64,000 nucleotides of DNA from Elusimicrobiota bacterium (GTDB lineage: Bacteria > Elusimicrobiota > Elusimicrobia > UBA1565 > JACRDR01): NCBI GenBank assembly GCA_041694815.1, contig JBGFSC010000047.1, positions 23,362-87,361 of the forward strand, in the 5' to 3' direction. The position numbers and the translations under genes are program-made. The notes beneath the pieces were generated by a model. That model was not told where the DNA came from. It made no database searches and saw nothing but the letters and a program-made list of their open reading frames with translations. Below, piece after piece: positions 35,685 to 45,551 of the stretch. Each line of letters starts with the position of its first letter. Position 1 is the first letter of the stretch.

Positions 35685-36889
35685 GGAAGGGATTCGGTGG
35701 AACGCCGCTCCGACAACGCCCAGGCGCCCAGGATCCAGAAGAAAGGCAGAGCTGAAAGATGGTAGCGTGGGATCGCCCAGTCGTTGGTGATATGGAGCGA
35801 CGCGTATAGAATGGGGCCCCCCAAGAGGAGTTGCTCACGCCAGCGACGTCGCAGCCGCCAGGCCCCCCATAGGCCGAAGGCCAGGGTCACCGACTGTAGG
35901 ATGAGCAGGGCCCCTTTAAAGGCCAGCGGGAGCCAGCGGTGCGCGGTGAAATACTCTTGGTTAGTGAGATTGATGCGGAATATCCCGCAGTGGCTCGTAA
36001 TCCAGAACTTGGCCAGGCGATAGGGCATCAACGACAGCAGCCTCGGCCAATTCGAGCTCCAATTACGGATCGCGAGCTCGCGGAAATGACGGTCGCCATC
36101 GGCGCTGTTGAAGTCCCCTTGTGGTCGAGCAGCGAGCGTCTCTTGGAAGTCGTAAGGGTAGTGCTCGAGAGAGCCGATCCACCAGGCATGGCCGGCGTCA
36201 CCGCTTACGGAAGTCCAGCTATGAAAGCGCAGGCGGTTGCGGACGGCCCACGGGGCGAGCGTAGACAGAAAACATATGAAGAAAACCGCCCAGAGCGCTG
36301 CACGCCGCCGCCAGGCTCCCCCCAACGATAAGAGGGGCAATAGACCCAGGGCGTAGAATTGATGCGCGGGCCGGCAGAGCACGGCGGCGCCAAGGAGCAG
36401 CCCCGCCATGGCGTAGAGCGACGCCTTCTCGCGCTTGGCGGCGCGGACGATGACAACGGTGAAGAGTAACCAAAGATTGAAGAATAAGGTCTCCGAGAGC
36501 AGATAGGCGCTCATACCCACAAAGAGGGGATGCAAGGCATAGATAAGGCCGCAGGCCAAGGCCGGTCCCCAAGCCATGAAGGCGGCGGCGATCAGCGCGA
36601 CCCAGATCGTGCTCAGGGAGTCGACGACCGCCTGAGCACCCAGGACGGGCTCGATCCGGCCGCCGGCCAGGCGGAAAAAGCAGGAGACGAACAACGGGTA
36701 AAGCGGAGGGCGGCGCAGGGTAGGCGCCGTGCCGTCGATCGTAAATCCCTGCCCTTGGGCCAGATGCACCCCTATGCGGACGTAGTCGTAGCTGTCGGGC
36801 ATGAGCGGGTCGATCGCCCGCGAGCCGATGACGGCGACGCGCACGGAAAAAGCGACCAGAAAGAGAAGGGCGGCGCGTTTAAACGGCAC
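35666..36889 (-). CDS. GT-C family membrane glycosyltransferase (ArnT/GT39-like)
   Basis: N-terminal TM then periplasmic DSYDYVRIG loop motif; about 10 TM helices. Confidence 0.5.
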   Translation of the reverse strand: MPFKRAALLFLVAFSVRVAVIGSRAIDPLMPDSYDYVRIGVHLAQGQGFTIDGTAPTLRRPPLYPLFVSCFFRLAGGRIEPVLGAQAVVDSLSTIWVALIAAAFMAWGPALACGLIYALHPLFVGMSAYLLSETLFFNLWLLFTVVIVRAAKREKASLYAMAGLLLGAAVLCRPAHQFYALGLLPLLSLGGAWRRRAALWAVFFICFLSTLAPWAVRNRLRFHSWTSVSGDAGHAWWIGSLEHYPYDFQETLAARPQGDFNSADGDRHFRELAIRNWSSNWPRLLSLMPYRLAKFWITSHCGIFRINLTNQEYFTAHRWLPLAFKGALLILQSVTLAFGLWGAWRLRRRWREQLLLGGPILYASLHITNDWAIPRYHLSALPFFWILGAWALSERRSTESLPWAASK

Positions 36890-38645
36890 GGGAGACGCTC
36901 CTGGCGGGGCGGGGCTTGGGCTGCGCGGACGGATTGACGGCGATGAAATCGCCGAGGGCCAACACGTCGAGATGGCCCTGCGAGAAGGCGCGCAACGCGT
37001 CGGAGGGCGAGCATACGATGGGCTCCTCGTGCATGTTGAAGCTGGTGTTGATGAGCACGGACAGCCCGGAACGTTTCTTGTACTCTTGGAGCACCTTAGC
37101 CATCGACGGGTTGATCCGCTCCTCGACCACTTGGGGACGCGCCGTCCCGTCGATATGCACCGTCGCCGGCGCCTCCTTTCTGCAGCGCTCCGTCGTATCG
37201 TAGGTGATCGTCATGAACTCGGCGGGATAGGCCGTCTTCTCGCCGTAACCCTTGAGGTATTTGCCGGCATCCTCCCGCAGCAGTATCGGAGCAAAGGGCA
37301 TGAACTCGGAGCGCTTGAGCCGGTCGTTGAGCCAGTCATTGATGGAGGGATCTGTGCCGTGGCAAAGGATGGAACGGTTGGCCAGCGCCCGAGGACCGTA
37401 CTCCATCCTTCCAGCCACCCGCGCCACCACCTTCCCGGAGGCGAGCTGCTCGGCGATCTCCCGCTCCACCTCTGGGGATTTGTGGAACGGAAATGGGTTG
37501 CGCCGCAGCTCTTCCTCGATCGCCTTGTCGGAATACTCCGAACCCAGGTAGACGTCCTTGAGCCGAAAGGGCCTGGCCTTCGCGCCCGCCTTGTTCATCA
37601 GCTCTGCGTTATGCCCCAGCGCGGCGCCCAACGGGATCCCACCGTCGCCCATGTTGGGGTGTATGAAAACGCTCTCTACCCCGTCTATTTCCGCGACCCG
37701 CTGGTTGAGCCGCACATTGGCGAAGACGCCTCCCGCCAGGACCAGATCGTGGATACCCGCGTCGGCGATCATCGTCTTGAGGTAGGCGGTGACCAATTCC
37801 TCGAGATGGGCCTGTATCCCCGCGGCGATATCCTCGCGGCTGAACCCCTTGAGCAGCTTTTTGAGCCTCTCGGTCTCGTGGCGGAAGAATCGACCTTGAT
37901 TAAAAAACGAGCGCCGACTAGGGTCGTAGCGGATCTCCGCCTCGAAAATCTTCTTGGTGGCCGCAGGGTCGCCGGCGGCGGCCAAGCCCGTGATCTTGCC
38001 CTCGTGCCGGCCGGGGATGAAGCCGCAGAGATAGGTAACGTACAGGTAGTAAAAGCCGATCGAATGGAACTCCGGGATCTGGAAGAACGGGGTCATGGCG
38101 CCATCCTGGCCCAGGAAGACGCGCGAACAGTAGCCGTCCCCGGCCCCGTCTACCGTCACGACGAGCGCGCGGTCCTTAGCCCCCGTGTAATAGGCCGAAT
38201 AGGCGTGCGCCGTGTGATGGTCATGGAAGGAGATCGGCGCCGAGATGCCGAAGCCGCGACGGATGAGCTCCTCGAAGCCCTCCCAGCGCTTGTTGGGCGC
38301 GGCGCGGTAGAGCGCGTTGCATACCTCGATGCCCCACACCGTGCCGAACATGTACTTGAGCAGCCCGAGCCGCTCGAAGAAATCGACCGCCTGAAAGCCC
38401 TTGGTCTTAAAATCGCCGAGGATGAAATCTTCCCAGGCCTGATTCTTGCCGGCGATGACCACGTGCTCGACCTCGGACGGCTTGATCCCGGTGTGGCGGA
38501 AGGCCTCGGCCAGGCACTTCTCTGGGAAGCCCGCGTAGCCCTTGACGCGGTTGTAGCGCTCCTCGTTGGCCGCGAAGAGTATGCCCATGCCGTCGACTAA
38601 CGCGACCCCAGCCTCGTGGCCGAAATGCAGGCCGAGCGTGATCAT
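36879..38645 (-). CDS. carbamoyltransferase (NodU/CmcH family)
   Basis: MITLGLHFGHEAGVALV N-terminus, Kae1/YgjD-like fold blocks; start moved to ATG 38645 (ATGA overlap) because the ORF-track extension overlaps the upstream gene. Confidence 0.7.
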   Translation of the reverse strand: MITLGLHFGHEAGVALVDGMGILFAANEERYNRVKGYAGFPEKCLAEAFRHTGIKPSEVEHVVIAGKNQAWEDFILGDFKTKGFQAVDFFERLGLLKYMFGTVWGIEVCNALYRAAPNKRWEGFEELIRRGFGISAPISFHDHHTAHAYSAYYTGAKDRALVVTVDGAGDGYCSRVFLGQDGAMTPFFQIPEFHSIGFYYLYVTYLCGFIPGRHEGKITGLAAAGDPAATKKIFEAEIRYDPSRRSFFNQGRFFRHETERLKKLLKGFSREDIAAGIQAHLEELVTAYLKTMIADAGIHDLVLAGGVFANVRLNQRVAEIDGVESVFIHPNMGDGGIPLGAALGHNAELMNKAGAKARPFRLKDVYLGSEYSDKAIEEELRRNPFPFHKSPEVEREIAEQLASGKVVARVAGRMEYGPRALANRSILCHGTDPSINDWLNDRLKRSEFMPFAPILLREDAGKYLKGYGEKTAYPAEFMTITYDTTERCRKEAPATVHIDGTARPQVVEERINPSMAKVLQEYKKRSGLSVLINTSFNMHEEPIVCSPSDALRAFSQGHLDVLALGDFIAVNPSAQPKPRPARSVSRAV

Positions 38646-39727
38646 TTGTAGTTGGGGCAGCCGACGCACTCCGGTGGCTGCTTGTCGTAGAAGTCCGCCC
38701 GGAAGCGTCGGAAGGCCTCCGAATTCCATATCTCCGAGAACGGGGTCTCGAAGATGTTGCCCATATTGAGCACCGAGGGGTTGTAGATCGTGCAGCAGGG
38801 GGTCACGTAGCCCTCGGCGGTCACCAGAGGGCTGAACCAGGGAAGCTGGCATTGGCCGAGATCGTTGGAGGACTCGCCGAAGGCCTCGGTGATGATCTCG
38901 ATGCGACGCCCGACCCTCCACCCGCGCAATTTATCGAGGAAGGCCTCGACCTCCGGCCGGCTTAGGCAGGACTCGCCGACCACGGCGTCTCCCAGCGTGT
39001 TGTTGAGCAGCTGGACGTAGAGCACGTCGACGCCGATCTGCTCAGAGCGAGCCACGAGATCCTCCATGGCCGGGGCCGTCTCCTTCATGAGTATCGCACG
39101 AAAGGAAAGCAGTGGCCTACGCGCGCCGGCCGCGCGGCGCAACTCCACGAAGCGCGCGACGTTCTCGGCGATCTTCTTGATCGAGGCACCGGCGCGGGTG
39201 TAGGCGAATATCTCCTCGTCGAAGCTATTGACCGAGACGGAGAGGTTCGTCAAGCCGGCCTCGATCATCTCCCGGGACTTGTTCTCGGTCAGGGCGGTGC
39301 CGTTGCTGTTGAAATAGGTCGATATGCCGCGCTCAGTGCAGTAACGGATGATGCGGGCTGTGTCCTTGTTGAGCAGCGGCTCGCCGATACCCTGCACGAC
39401 CACGTAGACGAGGTTGGGAAATTGATCGAGGACATGCCTGGCCTGCTCGAAGCTCATGTCCGCCTTCTGGTAGCCGTTGTAGGCCAGGCTGGGGGTCCCG
39501 AGAGGGCAGGTATTGCAGGTGAGGTTGCAGCGGTTGGTGACCTCCAGAAATAGGCATGGGGGCGAATACCCGACGCTGGGCGGGTGGCGCCGCCGCGCCA
39601 CCTGCGCCGAAACGCGGGCCAGATTGAGCAGTCCCGACACTCCCTGATGCGCGACGACGCGAGTCAGAAGACCCGGACCGACCTGCCGGTCGAGCTTCTC
39701 CTTGAGCCGCAGCAGATAGCCGATCAT
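38642..39727 (-). CDS. radical SAM protein with SPASM/twitch C-terminal domain
   Basis: CNLTCNTC (CxxxCxxC) cluster motif; C-terminal Cys-rich TPCCTIY...ECVGCPNY. Confidence 0.75.
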   Translation of the reverse strand: MIGYLLRLKEKLDRQVGPGLLTRVVAHQGVSGLLNLARVSAQVARRRHPPSVGYSPPCLFLEVTNRCNLTCNTCPLGTPSLAYNGYQKADMSFEQARHVLDQFPNLVYVVVQGIGEPLLNKDTARIIRYCTERGISTYFNSNGTALTENKSREMIEAGLTNLSVSVNSFDEEIFAYTRAGASIKKIAENVARFVELRRAAGARRPLLSFRAILMKETAPAMEDLVARSEQIGVDVLYVQLLNNTLGDAVVGESCLSRPEVEAFLDKLRGWRVGRRIEIITEAFGESSNDLGQCQLPWFSPLVTAEGYVTPCCTIYNPSVLNMGNIFETPFSEIWNSEAFRRFRADFYDKQPPECVGCPNYK

Positions 39728-39753
39728 CGACTAATCGGTATAGTACCAAATCG

Positions 39754-41397
39754 CTAACGGCGGGGCAGGGCGTAGAGGCGTATCGCGGGGCCGGTGCGCC
39801 GCCCACGCTCCGGGAAGAACTCGGCCAGAAGCCGTCCCTGGCGCTCGAGCCCCCCGACGAAAGCGAAGAATTCCGATAGGCCCCAAGCCCCGAAGCCCGT
39901 AAGCGCCACGTACTCGACTCCAGCCTTTTTGGCCGCCGCGAGGCCGCCACGCACGTCGAGCACCGGCTGCGCCGCCGCCGAGAAGGCGGCGTGGCCGGGA
40001 TAGGAACGCAGGTCCCGGTAATCACGCGCGACGCGGTATATGTCGTAACCCCCACCCGGATGCCCCGCCAGCATCATCTCGTAAAGCTTCTTCTTCGGAT
40101 GGCCCGCGCGCGCGGTCTGCTCGAGCAGGCGCTCGAGCATCGCACGGCTGAGGGGCAGGCGGGGCGAGGCGTGCTCCTGGTCGAGCAGTAGCACCGACGG
40201 CTGGGGGATATGCTCGAGCATCCAGGCGGCCGAGAGCGTTCTCGTGTCGGGGAGAAGCAACACCCGGTCGAAGGCCGCGCTGGCCCAAAACCCAGGCAGG
40301 GACGCGGCGAGCGCGACGGCTGCCGGCCACAGGCGATGCCGGGTCCAGGAAGGGCCGCGCGCCGCCCAGGACAGGACGGCGTCGACGCCCGCGGAGGCGG
40401 CGAAAGCGAGCCCGCCGAAGCAGGCGATGAGATACCGGAGCCAGGAACCGTCCGGCGAGCCAGAAAGCGCCAGCACGAAGGCGCCGATCGGCAGCAGCAC
40501 GAGCAAGGCCCATTCGCGGCGCGCGCGCAGCATGGTCAGGACGCCGAGCAATAAAAGCGCTCCGCCCGTCGGCCAAGGCCCGGAAAAGAGCCATATATTG
40601 CGCAGCACCGTCTTGGCCCCCACCGGCTCTCCGACGCGGCCTAACGCCATCATATCCTCCACGGCGAGGCGGAAGGCCGGGAAATCAAGGAACAGGTAGG
40701 GAGAACCGATGAAAAGCGCCGCCGCGAGAAAACCATAGGCCGCGGCCAGGTCACGGAATTTGGCGGCCCCGGCGCGCAGCCGCCGCGACAGGAATGCCGC
40801 CAGGGGCAGCGCCCCCAACGGCAGGGCGGTGTATTGCGTCGCGAAGCAGAAGCCGACGAAAGCCCCGCATAGCCACAGGTCCCGCCGCTTTCCGTCGAGG
40901 ACGAAGCGCAGCGCGAAGGCCCAAGCGCAGGCCGACAGGAAAAAGAGCATCGACTCCGGCTTGCTCGCGTGCGCCGCCTCCACCAGCACCGGCGCGGCGG
41001 CCAGGAGCGCTGCCGCCGTCCACGCCGCGGTCCGGCCCCAGGCGCGGCGGCAGCTTGAATAGACGACGGCGATGGCCGCCACGGAAAACGAGGCGGCGAG
41101 CACACGCCCGATCAGCACGAAGGAACCCGGATCCCAGGCGAACAGGACGCCGAAATCCCGCACGCTCCTGAGGAGACCAAGGCCGGACCAGATTAGGTAG
41201 TAGATGCCGTAGGCGGCGAATAGCACGTACATCCACAACGTCGGATACTTGAAGAGATGGGGATGGAGGTTGCCGCCGCCGAAGGATACCGCGATGCTGA
41301 CGAAATGGGGCTCGTCGGCGTTAAAAATCGCGGGAAGGCCGTAATGGATCGCCGTCAGGCGCAGCGCTGCCGCGACGGCGAGGATCGCCCAAAACAT
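39754..41397 (-). CDS. GT-C family membrane glycosyltransferase (ArnT-like)
   Basis: FNADEPHF periplasmic-loop motif, >10 TM helices; start either 41397 (MFWAIL) or 41454. Confidence 0.5.
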   Translation of the reverse strand: MFWAILAVAAALRLTAIHYGLPAIFNADEPHFVSIAVSFGGGNLHPHLFKYPTLWMYVLFAAYGIYYLIWSGLGLLRSVRDFGVLFAWDPGSFVLIGRVLAASFSVAAIAVVYSSCRRAWGRTAAWTAAALLAAAPVLVEAAHASKPESMLFFLSACAWAFALRFVLDGKRRDLWLCGAFVGFCFATQYTALPLGALPLAAFLSRRLRAGAAKFRDLAAAYGFLAAALFIGSPYLFLDFPAFRLAVEDMMALGRVGEPVGAKTVLRNIWLFSGPWPTGGALLLLGVLTMLRARREWALLVLLPIGAFVLALSGSPDGSWLRYLIACFGGLAFAASAGVDAVLSWAARGPSWTRHRLWPAAVALAASLPGFWASAAFDRVLLLPDTRTLSAAWMLEHIPQPSVLLLDQEHASPRLPLSRAMLERLLEQTARAGHPKKKLYEMMLAGHPGGGYDIYRVARDYRDLRSYPGHAAFSAAAQPVLDVRGGLAAAKKAGVEYVALTGFGAWGLSEFFAFVGGLERQGRLLAEFFPERGRRTGPAIRLYALPRR

Positions 41398-42703
41398 GAA
41401 GACGTTATTATACAATTTGCCCGTGCAACGCCTGGCGGCGGCCGCCGCGCGCATCCCCGAGACGGCCTCTTTCGCCCTGGCCCTGATCCTGCGGCTGGCC
41501 TTCGCGGCGGCGTTGGGGCATCGCCTCTATCAGATCGACGAAGGCGCCTTCGACGCGGCCGCGAGAAGCTTGGCGGCCTCGGGAACCCTCGGCCCTACGC
41601 CGACGGTGCTCGCCCCGCTGCCCCCTCTTTTCTTCTCGCTTTTCTATCGGCTCGCCTCGACCCCCCTGGCCCCCCGCCTGGCCCAAGCCGCGCTCGGGGC
41701 GCTGTTCGTGCTCTTGCTGGGCCGGGCGGTCCGGGACATCTCCCGCTCCGAGGCGGCGGGGAGAATCGCCGCGGCGCTCGCCGCTATCTACCCCTTTTAC
41801 GTCTACTATTGCGGGATGCTCATGAGCGAGACCCTTTATCTTTTCTTCTCGGTCGCCGGGCTCTGGGCCTTCTGCCGCCTGCTGCGCGGCGGCGGGAGGA
41901 TGCTCGACGCCTTGGGGGCGGGAGGCGGGCTGGCGGCGGCTGCCCTCTGCCGCACCGAGGCTGCGCCGATCGCGGTACTCGTGTTCGCCGCGGCCGCGGG
42001 ATTCTGCGCGCGGCGCCTGCTTTCCCGCAGGCTTTGGGCCGCGGCGCTTTTCGCCTGGCTGCTGCCGCTGTCCTTATGGTGCGCCCGAAACCGCGCCGAA
42101 ACCGGGAGATTCACGCTCGATACGCACGGAGGCATCACGCTGCTGCACGGCACGCTGCTCTTCGAGCATAATGAGATCGATACCGAGGAAGCCATGCGGA
42201 TTTTTCGCCAAACACCCTTATACCAGGCGACGCGCGGACTGCCCGAGGCTGATCAGGACGCGGCCTTCCGGCGCGCGGCTTTCGAGCATATGCTCGAGAA
42301 CCCGCGCCGCACCCTGGGCCAGTGGGCACGCAAAAGCGTGAGTTTCTGGCGCTTCTACCCGCGCGTGGATAAGGCCTACGCCCAAAGCCCCACCAGCAAA
42401 CCGGACATGGGGCTGGGCCGCTGGGCCTTGGTGGCCGTCAGCCTACTTTTTGAGCCCTGGCTGATATTGCTGGGGGCCTTCGGCTTCTGGGCCCGCGGCC
42501 GGAAGGCGGAGTGGCTGCCTTTGTGGCTGTTCGTGCTGGCCACGATGGGCATACACGTGCTCAGCGTCAGTCAGATGCGTTACCGGCTGGCGGTGACACC
42601 CTGGTTGATGCTCGCCTGCGCTACCATGGCCACCAGCGCTCCCGGCGCGCGGGAGTCGCCAGGGCCGAGTGGAGCGCATCAAGAACGGAAGAGATCTTGG
42701 TGA
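41396..42703 (+). CDS. GT-C family membrane glycosyltransferase (ArnT-like)
   Basis: YQIDEGAFD loop motif; multiple TM helices; divergent from the previous gene with overlapping CATG start codons. Confidence 0.45.
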   Translation: MKTLLYNLPVQRLAAAAARIPETASFALALILRLAFAAALGHRLYQIDEGAFDAAARSLAASGTLGPTPTVLAPLPPLFFSLFYRLASTPLAPRLAQAALGALFVLLLGRAVRDISRSEAAGRIAAALAAIYPFYVYYCGMLMSETLYLFFSVAGLWAFCRLLRGGGRMLDALGAGGGLAAAALCRTEAAPIAVLVFAAAAGFCARRLLSRRLWAAALFAWLLPLSLWCARNRAETGRFTLDTHGGITLLHGTLLFEHNEIDTEEAMRIFRQTPLYQATRGLPEADQDAAFRRAAFEHMLENPRRTLGQWARKSVSFWRFYPRVDKAYAQSPTSKPDMGLGRWALVAVSLLFEPWLILLGAFGFWARGRKAEWLPLWLFVLATMGIHVLSVSQMRYRLAVTPWLMLACATMATSAPGARESPGPSGAHQERKRSW

Positions 42704-43619
42704 CATCCTCTCCCCGACATCCGTCCTGGGGACAGACCTTCGACACCATGCAATCGCTGTTGGCATAGCGGTAATCGGGCTCACCGCGCACAAGGACTCC
42801 TTCGATCTGCAGCGTCCTGGCGTTGAATACGGCGCTGCCTGAGTTGCCGTGATAGGTATCCAGATCGGTGACAAAATATCCCCGCGGGGAGGAGTCCCGC
42901 ACGGAGGCGCCTCCCGATACCTTGGTCGGGATGCCGGAAGGATGGCCGATGACGAGCAGGGGCGTCCCGTTTTCGATATGCCCGGTTTCGTTGACTCCGA
43001 GAGGCGCATGACCCTTCACGGGACGGTCCAAACGAACGAGCGCCCAATCGGACCCGTCCTCATAGATTCCCGTAAGATAATCGTACTCGTCCCTGCCGTA
43101 CTGGGGGAAACGGGTGCTGACCAGCCCGGCGCAGCCGTAGACCTCGCTCAACGGCACGGCCAGAGGGGCGTACCCCCTCTTTTTGATTTCGAAGCCGAAC
43201 ACGAATTTCGTGCGATAGCAGCTGTCTTGCGTCGGCACGCAATGGCCCGCCGTCAGCACCAGGTCCGGCCCGACCAGCGCGCCGGAGCAGAACGCCCCCG
43301 TCGGCTGGTCGAAAAACGGCTCCTCCGAGCATAGCCTGAATTCATGCCCGAAGACGTCCGTCTTAAGGAAAGCCCAAAAATCGCCCGGGATCATGGGACT
43401 CGAGAATCGGCGCGGGCGTCTCTGCGTCACGTTATCGGCGTTGAATAAGGCGACCGTCGAATCCGCCAGCCTTCGGATTTCTGGGTCGTCGATCTCGTAG
43501 AGGTCCTTGCGGTCATCCTGCCCGTAAATGACGGGCGGCGGCCTTTTCGGCTCCGAAAGCTCCTGCGCCGAAGCCCCGAAGTCCATCATAAACGCTAATG
43601 CCGCAAACAAGGTTCTCAT
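42621..43619 (-). CDS. secreted trypsin-like (S1B, V8/glutamyl-endopeptidase-like) serine protease, paralog 1
   Basis: signal peptide MRTLFAALAFMMDFGASA; catalytic LTAGHC (His), DWALVRLD (Asp), GNSGSAV (Ser). Confidence 0.7.
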   Translation of the reverse strand: MRTLFAALAFMMDFGASAQELSEPKRPPPVIYGQDDRKDLYEIDDPEIRRLADSTVALFNADNVTQRRPRRFSSPMIPGDFWAFLKTDVFGHEFRLCSEEPFFDQPTGAFCSGALVGPDLVLTAGHCVPTQDSCYRTKFVFGFEIKKRGYAPLAVPLSEVYGCAGLVSTRFPQYGRDEYDYLTGIYEDGSDWALVRLDRPVKGHAPLGVNETGHIENGTPLLVIGHPSGIPTKVSGGASVRDSSPRGYFVTDLDTYHGNSGSAVFNARTLQIEGVLVRGEPDYRYANSDCMVSKVCPQDGCRGEDVTKISSVLDALHSALATPARRERWWPW

Positions 43620-43620
43620 A

Positions 43621-44643
43621 TCAATCACACATGAGCGCCTGACCCGTCTCGCAATCGTGATGACAGCCATGGGCGAAATAGGTCTTCGAACCCTCCAGGC
43701 ACATACGCGGCAGGCCGAGCGCCTCGATGGCCCCCAGCCGAACCACCCCGATGCCAGTCCCGCCATCCGGGTCGTAGGCCTTGAAGGTCCAGCAGTCCCT
43801 GCCGGCGTCATACGCGTAATCGCCGTCGTAGCTAAACGAGATAATCCCCTCGATTAAACCCGTATTCCGGTTGAACACCCCGCTGCCCGAGTTTCCGTGA
43901 AAAGCATCGATCGCCGCCATGAAATGGTTTACTGGGCTGTCGTCTCGCACCGCTCCATTGTCGGCGATCTTGGTGGGCAGGCCCGAGGGATGGCCGATGA
44001 CGACGAGCGGCGTGCCGACCGGGATATGCGCGCTGACGTTCATGCCGATCGGCTCATGGCCTGCGACGGGCCGATCCAAGCGTATGAGCGCGTAATCCTT
44101 CTTGACGGCCCAGTCCATTTGGCGCTCGACCAGCTCGGCGCAATCGTACACCTCCTCGGTCGGCGCGGTCGAGGGGTATTCCCCTTCGCGCCTGACCGCG
44201 AAGCCGAATACGAATTTGGTGGCTGCGCATTCCTCCTGGTCGCGGACGCAATGGCCCGCGGTCAGGATCCGGTCCGGGGCGATCAAGAAACCCGAGCAGA
44301 ACGGCCCCAGGGGTTGGTCGTAGAAGCGCTCTCCCTGGCAAAGGGGGTGCCCTTCCCACAACGGAAGCTGATCGTCGGCCGGCAGGTCGGGGTTGAAAAC
44401 GGGCATGTAAAGCGTAGCCGCGCTGTAGAGCTCCGTCTTGAGCGCCCACCCACCCTCGATCGGCATCAATTCCTCGGCATCGAAAAGCCCCACCGTGGAG
44501 TCGGCCAAGCGCAGCAGCATGGGGTCACGGACTTCATATAGGTCCTTGCGATCGTCGACCCCGTAAATCACCTTGGGGGGCCTGGCTTGCGCCGAGGCGG
44601 CCAGAATCGCGAGCGCCCCGAGCGCTCCGAAAACCCTCACCAC
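43621..44643 (-). CDS. secreted S1B serine protease, paralog 2
   Basis: TAGHCV, DYALIRLD, GNSGSGV; GTG start at 44643 gives signal peptide MVRVFGALGALAILAASAQA. Confidence 0.65.
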   Translation of the reverse strand: MVRVFGALGALAILAASAQARPPKVIYGVDDRKDLYEVRDPMLLRLADSTVGLFDAEELMPIEGGWALKTELYSAATLYMPVFNPDLPADDQLPLWEGHPLCQGERFYDQPLGPFCSGFLIAPDRILTAGHCVRDQEECAATKFVFGFAVRREGEYPSTAPTEEVYDCAELVERQMDWAVKKDYALIRLDRPVAGHEPIGMNVSAHIPVGTPLVVIGHPSGLPTKIADNGAVRDDSPVNHFMAAIDAFHGNSGSGVFNRNTGLIEGIISFSYDGDYAYDAGRDCWTFKAYDPDGGTGIGVVRLGAIEALGLPRMCLEGSKTYFAHGCHHDCETGQALMCD

Positions 44644-45551
44644 GGCCCCCGATGCGGCCACGGCGGGCTCTGGGGCCATAAGGCGCTGACGGTGGAAGCC
44701 CGATTGACCCCGATACCCGAACCCTCCCCCGGCCCGTACACCTTCGCCGCGTAGCACTCGCGGTATTCGTCGAACTCGTAATCGTTGTCGTAGCTAAACG
44801 AGATGATACCCTCGATCCAACCCGTGTCGCGGTTGATGACGGGGCTGCCGGAATTCCCGTGGAAGGCGTCGACATCCGCCAAAAAATAGCTCGAGATCCC
44901 ATAGCCCGGCCGCGCGACGCGTACCGTCCCGTTCTCGGCCACCTTCGCCGGCAGGCCCGAGGGATGGCCGATGACCACCAGTCGAGCGTCGTCCGGTACC
45001 ACGCCGCCGAGATTAGTCGACAACGACTCACGACCTTGGACGCGCCGGTCCAAGCGCACCAGGGCCCAATCGGCCGATTGCACCTCGCTGAAGGCGTGGT
45101 CGATGAGCTCCGCGCAACGATACACCTCGGAGCTGGGGAACTCGGTGGGATACTCGCCCGCCCGCTTCACGTGGAAGCCGAAGACGAATCTCAGTCCGTC
45201 ACAGACCGTCTGGGAAGGAACACAATGCCCGGCCGTCAAAACCAGGGCGGGACCGACCAGCGCCCCGGAGCAATAGGAAGCCGAGGGTTGCTGGTAGAAA
45301 CGCTCCTTTTGGCATAGGAAGCGCGCGTCTCCGTAGCGAGTGGCGGTGAAGCCCCAAGCCCCGTCCGGCTTCTGGGTCAAGGCGTCCGCTTGGAAAAGGG
45401 CCACGGTCGAGTCCGCCCAGCGCAGGATGCGCGGGTCGCGGACCTGATACAAATCGAGCCGATCATCCTGTCCGTAAATGACAGGCGGCGGCCCCTTGGG
45501 CTCGGCCTCAAGCGGAGCGGCAATAAGGCCCAGCAGCCAAAGGGGGTTCAT
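44637..45551 (-). CDS. secreted S1B serine protease, paralog 3
   Basis: TAGHCV, DWALVRLD, GNSGSPV; start overlaps the paralog-4 stop (ATGA). Confidence 0.7.
   Translation of the reverse strand: MNPLWLLGLIAAPLEAEPKGPPPVIYGQDDRLDLYQVRDPRILRWADSTVALFQADALTQKPDGAWGFTATRYGDARFLCQKERFYQQPSASYCSGALVGPALVLTAGHCVPSQTVCDGLRFVFGFHVKRAGEYPTEFPSSEVYRCAELIDHAFSEVQSADWALVRLDRRVQGRESLSTNLGGVVPDDARLVVIGHPSGLPAKVAENGTVRVARPGYGISSYFLADVDAFHGNSGSPVINRDTGWIEGIISFSYDNDYEFDEYRECYAAKVYGPGEGSGIGVNRASTVSALWPQSPPWPHRGPW

Noticed and set aside
38646-38921. 92-residue N-terminal extension of the carbamoyltransferase ORF
   Set aside because: Overlaps the radical-SAM gene in another frame and is low-complexity. The family N-terminus MITLGLHFGHEAG begins at ATG 38645 with an ATGA overlap.
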